From the NCBI RefSeq assembly GCF_001194135.2, contig NC_068984.1, positions 105,305,650 through 105,369,649 on the forward strand: a stretch of DNA of 64,000 bases, written 5' to 3'. How positions within the stretch are numbered: the first letter of the stretch is position 1; the number at the start of each line of letters is the position of its first letter. The notes under the pieces were generated by a model, which saw only the letters and a list, made by a program, of their open reading frames with translations, was not told where the DNA came from and did no database searches. The stretch comes from Octopus bimaculoides. Lineage: Eukaryota. Below, piece after piece: positions 24,818-37,984 of the stretch. Made by a program: the position numbers and the translations under genes.

Positions 24818-25691
24818 ATATACATATATACACACACATATCACTTGATAGCTGTGAGCAAGTGTCACATCATTCACATAATGTCTTTTGTTTTTAATCT
24901 TTTGTGGAAACTTGCTTGGGTTTTCTACTTACCAAAGTCATTTATGAGGCTTTGGTCAGCTGTGAGCTGTAGTAGAAAATACTGGCCCAAGGTACTGCAT
25001 AGTGAGACTGGATCTGAAACTATGTGGTTGGGAAGCAAACTTCTTAACTACACAGCCATATCTGTGCCTGCTTCTCTCATAGAAATGGAAGAAAGGAATA
25101 ATATCTGGTCAGTGGATATCTAGTGAAATCATCATCATCAATGTCTGTTTTCCATACTGGCATGGATTGGATGGCTTGACAGGAACTGGTAACGCCAGGG
25201 GCCACTCCAGAGGCTTGGTTTCTACAGCTGGATGCCCTTCCTAACACCAACCACTCTCCACAGAGTATACTGGGTGCTTTTTATGTGGCACCAGCACAGT
25301 TGCTTTATAAGTGACACCAACATTAGTGCTTTTTAGGTGGCACCAGCACAGTTGCTTTATAAGTGACACCAACATTAGTGCTTTTTAGGTGGCACCAGCA
25401 CCCATATCAATGCTTATGTGACACTTTTGTCTTAGGATCTCAATTCCATTATGGTGGGTGGGTTTTCTCAAGTACAGCAATACACCACATATCTTATCCC
25501 TCTGTCATCTCCTTTGCAAAGTTCAACGTTTTGAGATTGACCTTCAAAAGTGATAAAGAAAGTTAAAATGAATTCATTTACTAAATACCAGCAATGTCTC
25601 TGGGTAGGGTTACTAAGTGTATATGTAGACCAGATGTCTACAAACAACTAACTTTAAACATTCTCTAGAGACAATTGTAAAACTACATCTG

Positions 25692-26391
25692 GATCTTGTT
25701 CAAAACGAGGGCACCAGTTTTCATTAATGTTTTATGTAGTGTTTTTGGTACCGAAAGACTTTCAAACTTCGTATACTTATCTATTTTGTGTTATAGAACA
25801 GAAAAAAATTTTTGTATTCGGATTTATTTCATGTAAAAAATTGTCTTATTTCGATAATTTCAACCAATCACTGACAAGTATTCAGCTGTTTACAGTTACT
25901 CCTAAGCGGTGTAAGGCGTATTTAATCTCCATTACTTCTGACATTTTGCAGAGGCAACACACATGTGTTCGTTTTCCCTAACCCTAACCGACTTGCTCCT
26001 TCCCTCAAAAACCATGCCTTGTGCCTATAATAGAAAGGTTTATTAGCTACNNNNNNNNNNNNNNNNNNNNNNNNNNNNNNNNNNNNNNNNNNNNNNNNNN
26101 NNNNNNNNNNNNNNNNNNNNNNNNNNNNNNNNNNNNNNNNNNNNNNNNNNNNNNNNNNNNNNNNNNNNNNNNNNNNNNNNNNNNNNNNNNNNNNNNNNNN
26201 NNNNNNNNNNNNNNNNNNNNNNNNNNNNNNNNNNNNNNNNNNNNNNNNNNNNNNNNNNNNNNNNNNNNNNNNNNNNNNNNNNNNNNNNNNNNNNNNNNNN
26301 NNNNNNNNNNTATATGACACATTCTACCAGTGTCCCAAGTTTCAAAGTGTTTCGTTAAGAAAATACTGGTGCCCCCGTTTTGAACAAGATC
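25692..26391. mobile_element. MITE-like element with about 26-bp TIRs (interior partly gap)
   Basis: GATCTTGTTCAAAACGAGGGCACCAG at 25692 and its reverse complement CTGGTGCCCCCGTTTTGAACAAGATC ending at 26391. Confidence 0.7.
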
Positions 26392-27219
26392 TGTTACACT
26401 CAGAAGACTAGTTAATTTCCCTAGTGACTCTAATTTGGTTTTTAGATTATTTTATTTCACACCATCCACACTGAATTTTAAGTATTTCTGAAAACATGTC
26501 AGACTGCTTCAACTTTAAATAGGACATCATCATCATCGTTTAACGTCCGCTTTCCATGCTAGCATGGGTTGGACGATTTGACTGAGGACTGGTGAAACCG
26601 GATGGCAACACCAGGCTCCAATCTAATTTGGCAGGTTTCTACAGCTGGATGCCCTTCCTAACGCCAACCACTCAGCTGTTATTTATTTATTTACTTACTT
26701 ATTCGAACTGAAATTATTTCTGCTGCTGTAAGAAAACTCTCATGATACAAAAACAATAAATATTTACAAATGTAAACAAAAACTTCATTTATCCTTTCTG
26801 TCTATTCTTGATAGAATGGTGGTGGTGGTGGTGGTGGTAGGTCAGTGATGTGAACATAGCCTTCTCTTTCACATTAAGAAATAGAATTAAAGCAAAAACA
26901 AAATATATTAAACCAGATTCAAAAGAAATGTGGAAGCTTAAGCTTAAAACTGCAAACTTTTAATTATATAGAGTTGATTTACAATTAAGAAAAACAAATA
27001 TTTACACTCAAACTACTCTTTTGACTTCATTGACTGCAGTTCAATATCATAAATAACAATAATGTTTTGTTTATCAATGATAAAAGAAGAAAGAAAACTA
27101 TGTCACATATTGATATCCCTAATAATCTTTGCAATCTCTTAGATTTGGACAAATGCATCACACACACTTGCCCTTTATACATACGTCTAAACAAATTTCA
27201 TATATATATATTTTTTTTT

Positions 27220-27350
27220 AGTGGAAGTGTGTGGCTTAGTGGTTAGGGTATTGGACTCACGATTGTAAGATTTTGGTTTCAATTCCTGGACCAGGTGATG
27301 CATTGTGTTCTTGAGCAAAACACTTCATTTCACATTGCTCCAGTCCTGTC
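27220..27350 (+). mobile_element. Third tRNA-headed SINE family (head)
   Basis: A-box TGGCTTAGTGGT and B-box GGTTTCAATTCCT. Copies at about 1665-1960, 4650-4900 and 34650-34830(-). Confidence 0.6.
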
Positions 27351-27939
27351 CAAGGGGAGAATATATATATATACTATGGAAACCAGCCCTATGAGTTTAT
27401 ATGACTCAAGAAGGATCTTTATCCTTTTTATATTTATTTCTAGCTGTTTGTCTCTCTCTCTCTCTCTCTCTCTNNNNNNNNNNNNNNNNNNNNNNNNNNN
27501 NNNNNNNNNNNNNNNNNNNNNNNNNNNNNNNNNNNNNNNNNNNNNNNNNNNNNNNNNNNNNNNNNNNNNNNNNNNNNNNNNNNNNNNNNNNNNNNNNNNN
27601 NNNNNNNNNNNNNNNNNNNNNNNNNNNNNNNNNNNNNNNNNNNNNNNNNNNNNNNNNNNNNNNNNNNNNNNNNNNNNNNNNNNNNNNNNNNNNNNNNNNN
27701 NNNNNNNNNNNNNNNNNNNNNNNNNNNNNNNNNNNNNNNNNNNNNNNNNNNNNNNNNNNNNNNNNNNNNNNNNNNNNNNNNNNNNNNNNNNNNNNNNNNN
27801 NNNNNNNNNNNNNNNNNTATATATATATATATATATATATATACATAGGCAACTTGGGCAAAAATCTTCTACTGTAGCCTCGGGCCGACCAAAGTCTTGT
27901 GAGTGGATTTGGTAGACGGAAACTGAAAGAAGCCCGTCG

Positions 27940-27971
<32 letters not shown>

Positions 27972-28439
27972 CGTGTATATATTTGTGTGTGTGTGTCTGT
28001 GTTTGTTCCCCCACCATCTCTTGACAACCAATACTGGTGTGTTTATGTCCCCGTAACTTAGCGGTTTAGCAAAAGTGACTGATGGAATAAGTACTACGCT
28101 TACAAAGAATAAGTGCTGGGGTTGATTTCTTCGAATAAAACCCTTTAATGCAGTGCTCCAGCATGGCCGCAGTCAAATGATTGAAACAAGTAAAAGAATA
28201 GGCAGTATTGAAAGTTTCCATAGAAAATCAGAATTGAAAGAATAAATACTGTTATTAATATAGTCTACTGGTCCAGTTAGGGGTACTTTAGAATTTGTAA
28301 TCCTTCTTATGGATCTCTTATCATTCCTAAATAAGACGGCGATGGTAACCTGAAATCATACTATTAAAAGGGACGGAATTGGTCAGGGGACATAACTCTT
28401 GTTATATTTAGGTGAAAATTTCTTATTAAATTATTTCGT

Positions 28440-30200
28440 TTTTAGATTTGGTTTGCAAGATTCTTTATGTGAATTCGTGTGTTGAAGCATACTCTGTTGT
28501 GTCTCCGGAGAGTCATTCTATTTTAGTGCCTTATAATTTAACACACTCACCGGTAAAATTTCCACTCATTTCCTTAATTTTTCTAAAACTTATTGCGTTT
28601 TGCAACCTTTTCAATAGTTTTGACTCTGTCCGTTATTCACACTGCGTTCTTTTTGTTTGTTTGTGCGCATGTGTGTGTGTGTGCATGTGTGCATACACAT
28701 GTATATTTGTATGCATGCCTGTGTGTATATGCATGTATATATGTGTGTACATTTGCATGTATGTATTCTGCATATTCATGTGTTTGTGAGTTTTTATGTG
28801 TGTGTGTGCGTGTGTGTATGTACCTCTGTTTCCTTGTGTGTGCCTGTCTGAGTGTATGTGTTTTTTTCAATTATGTACTGTTTGTATGTATGTATATCTC
28901 CATATGTATGGACGTGTGTATCCATACGTGTCCTTGTGTGAAGTGAAGTGTGTGTGTATATATGGTCATGTGTTTCAGTCTTCATTTGTGTATGTGTGCT
29001 TGTCTGTTCATATAACCTATGTATCTATCCGTCTGTATATTTATGTTTACTTTCATAGCCATATGCTTACATACATGTGCATATACATATATACATACAC
29101 CCCCACACACACATACATCTATCTACATAACAGCCCACTATTCTACTCTACCTGTATAGTCTGTGGGTATATCTACTATGTATATTTTCTATTTAGTATT
29201 GGAGAAATTTCATTTATGAGGACGTACTCCTGTTTTTGTCTGAGTGTTGGGTCCTTGGATAAGATACAGATGTCAAGTCGATCCAGGTTGCCTCCATGTT
29301 GGTAGAATATGGAGGACTGTTTTTTATTGTCATATTGTCTCAAATGTTCATTTAGTCATTCTGCAATGCTCCTAGATGTCTCCCCTATGTATGTCATGTT
29401 CATGTCTTTACAAGCATCTTTTATGCATCTTATGCTGTAAACTACATTTCTCGTTCTACAGTTAATGCTTATTAAAATTTTAGTAATTTGTAGATGTGTG
29501 ATTGGTGGATTGGCTAGTTGTACTTGTTTGCGTATACTGCATGTATATGCTTGTGCAGTTAGTGTGCATGCTTCGTATGTATGTCAGACTATAATCGTTG
29601 TTACATATTATTTGTAGATTGTGTGTGTAGAAATAATTTATGTAGCTAATTTAGATGGGTATGTTGGGTGTTGAAATTGTGTGGTTATTCCACTATATTT
29701 TCCTGCAAGAGGTGGGGGCTTGATGTAGAAGCATCCTCTGAAGATCTCACTTTCATTATTCAAGTATATTTTATTGGATTTTAATCCCTGTAATATCCAG
29801 AACTTTTCAGTTAGGTAAAGATCACATTTGTTTGTTTTTCTGCTATATAGCTTGGACCTATCCTAAATTTACCTGTTGATGTTATATGGTATTCTTTTTA
29901 TTTTTAATTCCCAGACTCTGCTTCATAAAGGCCACTGATGTCCTCTTTTCTGAATGTTTACAGTACACAATATGTGAACAGTACCTGTTGCTTAAAAAGT
30001 GTCTTCTTACCATATTCACATATTTTTCTTCACTCTGGTTGATTTCAACTGGTGTAAAGGTGATTTCATGCAGTATAGATTTCACTTTACATTTTTGTTG
30101 TAGCAAGTAGTCATCCTTTATTCTGAAGAAACATCTTGGCTTTCCTCCAGATTTGACTTTCTGTATGATTTTTGACCTCATGGAAAGTCCACAGGAATAG
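28440..30200 (-). mobile_element. Degraded Penelope-like element (GIY-YIG endonuclease plus 3' repeat)
   Basis: Minus strand, about 29470-29176, reads NCRTRNVVYSIRC...YIGETSRSIAE*LNEH...KQE..LINE..P.LN, a GIY-YIG signature. Sequence 28450-28630 recurs at 48955-49170. Confidence 0.75.
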
Positions 30201-32248
30201 CTGATTTTTACTGAACATCTTACTATAATTATGGTGAGGGAGGAACTGCTAATCTATTAGGTTAAAAAAGTTTCTACTAATGTTACTCTTAAGAAACAGT
30301 GCACTCAAGCACCCTGTTGTTTTGCACAGTGTTCTTCCTCCTTTGACTAAAAACAAATATATATATATATTTAGGGTATATAGAACAACAGAATGATGCT
30401 CAGGGTCAAAGGTAATTTATTTTGAAATGAGCCAATGACAAAAGTAGAGTACTGTATTTATTTATATATGATACTCACTCATAGGTGATGAAATGCTGAA
30501 AAAGAATCTCTTATATATAATATGCATTGACTTTTCTTTGGCAATTCAATGTATATATAAAAAAAAACAACATAATTTTCAAGGCCTGATTAAGTATAAT
30601 TTTATAACAATTCTTCTTATCAGCACAAGGCTGCTAAATTGGAGGGGAAAGATATTATATTAGAATGCGCTATAAGAATTTAAATTGACTGCAATACTTG
30701 ACTGATACTTTATTTTATTGACTCCCAGAAGGATGAAAACCACATCAACCATCAGCAGGATTTGAGCTCATAAGGCAAAGGCCTGTAACTAAGTATTGAT
30801 TACAAATTTTGGCACAAGGCCAGCTATTTTGGGGCAGGGTAAGTCGATTAGATCAACCCCAGTACTCAACTAGTACTTATTTTAATCAATCCTGAAAAAG
30901 GATGAATAGCAAAGACGACCTAGGTGGAATTTGAACTCAGAATGTGAAGATAGATGAAATGCCACTAAGCATTTTGGCTGGTGTGCTAATGATTCTGCTG
31001 GCTTGCCACTTTCCTGTAACTAAATATTGGTTTCAAGTTTTGATGCAAGGCCAGCAATTTCGGTTACATTGACTCCAGTGCTCAACTGGTATTTATTTTA
31101 CCAACCCTGAAAGGACGAAAGACAAAGTTGACCTTCCTAACTATTGCAAGGCATTTTGGCCCAATTCATTGACAATTTTATCAGTTAATCCAATAGCATA
31201 CTTGCTACCTGACACTTTCTTGATTGTTTTTTTTCTATCTGGATTATTATTAGTAGTTAGGTTTAAATGTTGCTTGCATTGTATGTGTTCACACTAATTG
31301 TTTCTTATGTGGAAAGCATATTTGGGATACCTGTTAGCAAAAATGGTTAGTTTTAGAATTTGTATTGATGTGAACATTTTTTTATAGAGTACAAAATGTC
31401 AGGGAAATAATTTCACTCTAGAGTAAAAAGTCTAGAGTGTGGTCTTTTATATTTTAGAGAACTTACCTCAACGGAAAACAATAACTTTTTTTCTTAGCTA
31501 GGAAAAAATTAGAGCCAAAATTAAATGAATAAAGTTAGACTATGTGAATGAAGTATAAGGTAAAGAAGAGAAACAACTCAATACCTTAAAAGTCCATTAA
31601 AAATATTGATGTCCCTTTAATATTCGTTTCAAGTATTTTTTCATGTGAATTGAATTAAAGAGTAAGAAATTATTTGAAACCCAGTCGAGGTGGATTGATG
31701 AATTGATTAAGAGCCGGATAAAATAACTTGCGGTATTAAGTTACGACCATTTATAATTTGAATTTAAATGCAGCTGAAGTCAAGTTTGCTTTCCGCTCCC
31801 ATCCAGGATCGGTAAAGATGAAGTGTTATTCAAGTAGAGAAAATTCGATTGATATTCCTATAAAGCATCTGAATGAAATATTAAAAGTGTTCGGCGATTT
31901 TTAAAGATATGAAATGGCTTTTTTTTAACCTACAGATTTAAAATAGTGTCCGCAAATAGCATAAACATAACAACTTTATAACATACCTTGCATTGTTCTT
32001 AATATTCATTAAAAACGATTTTATTCAGAACAAATGTCTTCAGAATACAAATTTAAAATATCAATTATTTCCCTTAGTTCACCTTTTTAAAATAGGTAAT
32101 TATTTAGTGTGGACCGCTTTGAAATTTATCTGGTTCCTTTTGTATATTTACATGTTTGATATTTTGTTTATAGTATTTAGTTTACAATATTCTGCCAACT
32201 AATTAGCTCTTACAATGAAAGTTTAAAACAATTTTAACATAAAAAAAC

Positions 32249-32593
32249 ATGTCTGAACGTGGCGTTGGCAGCTCATCGTTTTGGGAAAGTCAAAATTACT
32301 ACAGTCGATTGGGTGTTCCTTGTGGTCATCCTCGTCGCTACGATAGCAGTAATGTTGTACGTTTACCCTCTGACTCTCGAACCAAACTCACCAACAAATA
32401 CGATCAAAATACAAAGACAGAAGGAGAACAACAGATTAAATACTTAGCACAAAAGCAACTTGATACTAAACTGACAAAGGAACAGTACATGTCTCATCAA
32501 CGAACTTTCGTTGAAAAGGTCCTTTATAAACCAAAAACAGCTGAATTGAAAGGAATCTGCTCTTTGGACTCTTTTAATAAAATTCAGAAGCAG
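32249..32593 (+). CDS. RBM41: RNA-binding protein 41, coding exon 1
   Basis: ATG in AAAAAAC-ATG context. Contains TEGEQQIKYLAQKQLDT...YKP...SL..F, resembling the RBM41 N-terminal TEGERQLKSLLQHQLDT block. CAG|GTAATA donor, phase 0. Confidence 0.85.
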
Positions 32594-32882
32594 GTAATAC
32601 ATTTAGTTATTACAATTACTAGACTATCGTGTTGCACAATTACTCATGTATACAAAAACTGTGACCGTAAAAGGGGTGCATTGATTCGGCCAGATCAAAA
32701 TGGTCCCAATACTCTTGAAGCAAATTTGATCAATATTTTAGGTCGTTTTTCTCTGACTAATTTAAAGCATTTCAATATGTTTGGAAAGCCTTAATCTTGA
32801 CACTCTGCAACCAAAGAAAACAAACTACGGTCAAATGTATACCATCTACAACAGTGTTCAGGAGTTCGATGTGGCTGCAATT

Positions 32883-33118
32883 TTCTGCAGGTTATGCAAC
32901 TTCCGTAGAGCTGGGGGTTGAGAACGTTTTTGTATCTACAGGACTCATCGCCGTTTTAATAGAGTGGAAAGTGGTCCGGGTACGTGGGTGCGCGCGTCGG
33001 GTCACTCTTCTTAAGTAGTACCCGGGTCACTATCCACTCAATTAAAACGGCGATAAGTCCTGTAGATACAAAAAAGTTCTCAACTCCCAGCTCTACGGAA
33101 GTTGCATAACTTGCAGAA
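32883..33118. repeat. Long inverted repeat (101-bp arms, 34-nt spacer) in the RBM41 intron
   Basis: Arms 32883-32983 and 33018-33118 are reverse complements with about 8 mismatches. Confidence 0.95.
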
Positions 33119-35783
33119 GCAAGTCAGTGGCACCCCGCGATACCCCCCCCCCTTCCACATGTATAAATGTGTAAACAGTAAATCGGGGGTGTGGGGTTTT
33201 TGTGTACACCCATCATACTCTTGAGTCTGCGTTTTGCATTTTTTCAGTAACACTCAACTGAGTTTCTTTCGAGGGAAAAATGTGTGGAAACTGGGGACGA
33301 ATGTTTTCAGAACATACTAAAACATCTTTCAGAATGGTTCACATTTGAATAACATTTTATTTCATTATTTTCACTTTTCTTTATGACTACTTTTGAGTAA
33401 GATTTTATTTCAAAATTTGTTTTATTTTCACTTTTATGTNNNNNNNNNNNNNNNNNNNNNNNNNNNNNNNNNNNNNNNNNNNNNNNNNNNNNNNNNNNNN
33501 NNNNNNNNNNNNNNNNNNNNNNNNNNNNNNNNNNNNNNNNNNNNNNNNNNNNNNNNNNNNNNNNNNNNNNNNNNNNNNNNNNNNNNNNNNNNNNNNNNNN
33601 NNNNNNNNNNNNNNNNNNNNNNNNNNNNNNNNNNNNNNNNNNNNNNNNNNNNNNNNNNNNNNNNNNNNNNNNNNNNNNNNNNNNNNACGTGTGGAGGGTT
33701 TTTTTTTATCGCGGGTGCTACTGATTTGCGCGTGTGCGTGCGTCCGTCTACTGACGGGTGCGCGCTGGGATATGAAAATTATTCATTTAATATGTCCAGT
33801 TATATTTTTCATCGACGGAGGTAAAGAATACGCACACCACCCATTTTCTGAAATTATTAGGCACATGCATTTTTCCTTCTGTTATTTTAATTATAAGGAA
33901 GGACAAATTAAGTTCCTTAGTTATTTAGGGAATAAAAAACAAAATGTACCCCCTCTTCCCCCATCAAATTTACTTATGTGAAGAAACTTAAAAATTGCCA
34001 TAAGTTTTGTTTTCATAAGAAGTGCTATCAAACTGAGCCGACATTTTCAGTTGTTCCACTACTGTTTTTGGTAGAGGCATAAATGTCACAGCTTCTATTC
34101 CCTGCAATCATATGTTGATTAATACTTGTGATCACAAAAGAAAGGGTAATTGACTCTTGATTGTGATTATTAACATTTTAATCATTGTAACTGGGAATTT
34201 AGCCAGAACCTGAAAGTGATTGTTTATCAAACCCACATCATGAACCTCAGCTTTCAATGTGTTTTTAATAATTGTTTTTTACATGGAAATAGGAGGGTTT
34301 GTTTTGTTGATATGGAATTGGCCAATCAAGACTGTTTATCAGTCCTACCTTGGCTCATCAAACCAACTGTCCTTCTGCCAAGGCACTGATAAACAGTAAT
34401 CATAGACAAAGGCTTCAGCAGTCCACTCATCTTCAGGAAACACTTCATGCTGGACATTCTTAACAAATTTTATCTCGATTACATCATCGAATTTTGATAT
34501 TTCTGACAAAGACTATAACTAGCTTACTTGCACATACATCCACACATTAAAAACTTGTATCGTTGAATACCTAAACGTACCCTGCACACATGCACATAGT
34601 TATTTCTATACAGTATGAAAGAATTGTCAGAATGACGTACCTTTTGTAAAGGTAAAGTTACCTTGTTTCATGGTGTTATATTCCCCATCTAGATGGGATG
34701 CCAGTCCATTGCAGGATTACTCGTTTTTGCCAGCTGATGGTCTGGAGCAATGTGAAATGAAGTGTCTTGCTCAAGAATACAATGTGTCACCCTGGTTCAG
34801 GAATTGAAACCACAATCTTACGACCATGAGTTGTATCAGATATTTAGCCCTTTAGCATTCAAATTATTCTATCAAATGTAATGCTTATTTAACCATGTAG
34901 TATCTTGTAGCTTTCAGATTTTGATGATGTAATTGTATATTTTTAGATTGACATTGCAGGGTAGTTGTGAGTGACCTGATCTGGCTGATTTGAACATAAA
35001 ACAGGTTGACTATTTTGGCTAGATGTGGGTTAATTTGAAAACTTCTGGACCCTAAATAGAAGAGAAAGATGGCTCAACTACTTTGATGTTATTGACAGAA
35101 ATATAGACAAGATGACTTAGGGAATCTATCAAAAAACTAAATGGAGACAGAAATACCTGGTGTGGCATTGTGAAACAGATCATGCCAGACTTCATACTAT
35201 ACTGTATATTAATAAAATGGTAAAGTCAGTCATTGGATAATTGTTTTATTTAATTTGTCAAGTGCTCGTCTTTTCATATAGCCAAGTATTAGCCTTATAC
35301 ATCCCCAGGCATCAGGGAATGGAGATGATGCTCTTTTTCAAAATATCAATGTAAATAGAAAGAACTATTGCAACTTCATATTTTTTACCATTACTCTGCT
35401 CTGAGTTTTTAATTTGATTCTTGAATTACTTCAAGAATAAACTAAACAAGACTGGGAATAACTTTTCTTTAACCCTTTAACATTTAAATTGGCCATATCC
35501 AACCCAAACAATCCACCTGTTTTATATTCAAACTGGCTAGATCTGGCCTCTTACACCTACCCTACAATGTCATTCTAAAACTATATATAACCACATCATC
35601 AAAATTTCAAAATCACAAGATAATACATTACTAATTCAAAACAATGTGAATAAATAAGCATTACATTTGACATCTGAATGCCAGAGAGTTAAATATTTAC
35701 CAAGTGTGTGTTTTGTCATATTGTTTTACACCAATTATTAATGTACACTTTTAAACTGATGTCTAATATTTCTCTCTTTTAAG

Positions 35784-36704
35784 GATGAGGAACTTGAATT
35801 TCTTCGGCAATGTGGTTTGTCTGAAGATGAGATTTGTCTCAAGAAAGAACATGATTCTGCTGCAGAAGAAATACCAGCTCAGAAACGGAGCAGATATGGT
35901 ATGAACCCTAGTGTACAAAAAGAAATTATACAGAATATAAATGAGAAAATAAATGAGAAGAAAGCTAATTCTAAAATTCCTAATTCATTTAATGGGGCAC
36001 GCAATATAAGCCGACTTCGGATGGAATTGGAGAATGCTGTTAGAACTCCTAACAAAACCTCTCTAATGAACTGTTTAATTACCACAAACACCAAAGACAC
36101 CAATGTATGTGAAGAACACCCTATTAATCAGTTAAAAGATATTTCTGATAGTTTGTTGACTAAAAAACGCAAAATCCATTCTCCAATAAAGAATGGCACT
36201 TTTGACAAAACAGAGACTGATGACACAGAAATAAAGTCAGAAAATATCTGGAAGGGTGTCGAAACTTTACCTGAAGAAAATCACACAGTCAATCATGTTT
36301 CATCTTCTGATGAAAATTCCAAAAGTAACAGCTTAGGTCTTACACATATTGAAGATGAAGTGCAACCTATTTCAAAAGAATTGATTTCCAAAAACTGTAT
36401 TTCAACAGAAGAAATTCTTTTAATCAGTAGATTCAAAGAATATCATCCTGGCGAAAAAAATAATACTTTATATTTGAAAAATCTTTCTAAAAAAGTGACT
36501 GAATATGATCTGATCAAACTTTTTCTTCACTTTCAAACAGAAAAATTTCCCATTCAGTATAAATTGCTCTCTGGTAAAATGCGAGGACAAGCATTTATAA
36601 CTTTTGAAACTGCACACATTGCAGAAGAAGCATTAGAACTGGTTAACGGTTATGTCTTGAAAGGTAAACCTATTATCATACAATATGGAAAAAGGCAATT
36701 TTAA
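35784..36704 (+). CDS. RBM41: RNA-binding protein 41, coding exon 2 (C-terminal RRM)
   Basis: ttttAAG acceptor, in frame with exon 1. Starts DEELEFLRQCGLSEDEI and ends with the RRM LYLKNLS..VTE.DL..LF..FQ....PIQ...L.G.MRGQAFITF...A..AL.LVNGY.L.GK..IIQYGK of the RBM41/RNPC3 type. The single RRM and the N-terminus favour RBM41. AATAAA motifs at about 36755-36770. Confidence 0.9.
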   Translation, partial: DEELEFLRQCGLSEDEICLKKEHDSAAEEIPAQKRSRYGMNPSVQKEIIQNINEKINEKKANSKIPNSFNGARNISRLRMELENAVRTPNKTSLMNCLITTNTKDTNVCEEHPINQLKDISDSLLTKKRKIHSPIKNGTFDKTETDDTEIKSENIWKGVETLPEENHTVNHVSSSDENSKSNSLGLTHIEDEVQPISKELISKNCISTEEILLISRFKEYHPGEKNNTLYLKNLSKKVTEYDLIKLFLHFQTEKFPIQYKLLSGKMRGQAFITFETAHIAEEALELVNGYVLKGKPIIIQYGKRQF

Positions 36705-37984
36705 TTTATTTTCCTAAAAGACAAATATATTTAATTTATTTTGTAAAATATTAAAATAAAAATAAATAAATCTAATATATTTTATAGGCTTGTTAAACAT
36801 CAACATCATGTCATATAACCCTGGTAGTGATGGAGGTGCTTGTTGTGGTGGTAGTGATGGCAGCAGCAGGTGGTTTCTACTATAGTGCTGGACCAGCTAA
36901 AGCCTTGTGAGCAGATTTGGTATGAAAGAAGTGTGTGTGTGTGTGTGTGTGTGTCTCCTTGTTTTTTTTATTGCATTAAAGTTGTAAGGAAGCATCACTA
37001 TCATACAGTTTCCAATATTCTGCAAAAACATGTTTGGCCATGGAGATATATATTACCTTGTTTGGAAACACATGAGGATTTGCAACTGGAATGTCATCCA
37101 GTTGTAGAAAATCTGCCTCACAGAATTCAGTCTGACCCATGCAAGTATGGAAATATGGATGTTAAAATGATGATAATGTTGTTTCAAGCCAAAGAGGAAT
37201 TCTGCATAGGTGCCACTTTAACATGCTGCAGGCCTTGCCATTTACACTTTAGCATGCAAACTAACTCCAAACCTTAATCCTAATGTAGATCAGGTCATTT
37301 CACAGTGTACGATACAGATAGAGTGGTAGACCACATACTGAAGTAGCACCCCTGTAATTCTGAACTCTTTTGCTTTCATCTATCTCCACTCAGCTTGATG
37401 AGCAAACGAACTGGGGGTGGGTATCTTTTAATGAATGTTTATACAAATACTTTTCAAATGGCTCAGATTACAATTATAAAGAAATTTGTGTGAAAAAATT
37501 TTTCCAAGTGGGTGGGGAGAGGAGTTTCGGATCAAAAAGACCACATAAGTTGGAATTTCTCCGTTTTGACGGGGATTTTTCCAATTGTTTTTCACCACAG
37601 CTTCGAAATGATGGAGAACATCTTTTTATGAAAAAAAACAGTTTGGGAAATTTATGATTTTTTTTTTACTCTCTTAATTTTAATAGCATACTTTTCTGTT
37701 AGAAAAATTTTTTATTGCATAATCGTATTCAATCCATTATGCAGAAGACAATCGAAAAAGTTTTGTGAAAATTCTTAAAAATAAAAAATAGTTACGGGTG
37801 GTTTTAGTACGTGCTTACATCAGAATTCCACCAGCTTGTGTAAGTTGAACTATGGAAAATGTCATCAATGATGTTTGTTGTGGTTCATTATGGTAGGAGG
37901 GTTTAATTAAAGCCAGTTAAATCCGGTCTTCTTTAGGTAGTACAGCATGATGAAAGGAAGGAAAGAATGGTTCTGCAGTACTCC

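Noticed and set aside
21485-24825. Target-site duplication of the LTR element
   Set aside because: Flanks are TA-rich (ATTT versus ATAT), so no unambiguous TSD can be called.
30479-30495. Possible 17-nt minus-strand micro-exon (ttttcAG...GTGAGT)
   Set aside because: No host gene or frame context supports it; such pairs occur by chance in AT-rich DNA.
32594-32794. Read-through extension of the RBM41 exon 1 ORF to 181 aa
   Set aside because: Similarity stops at a good CAG|GTAAT donor that joins in frame to exon 2, so the extension is intronic. A retained-intron isoform cannot be excluded.
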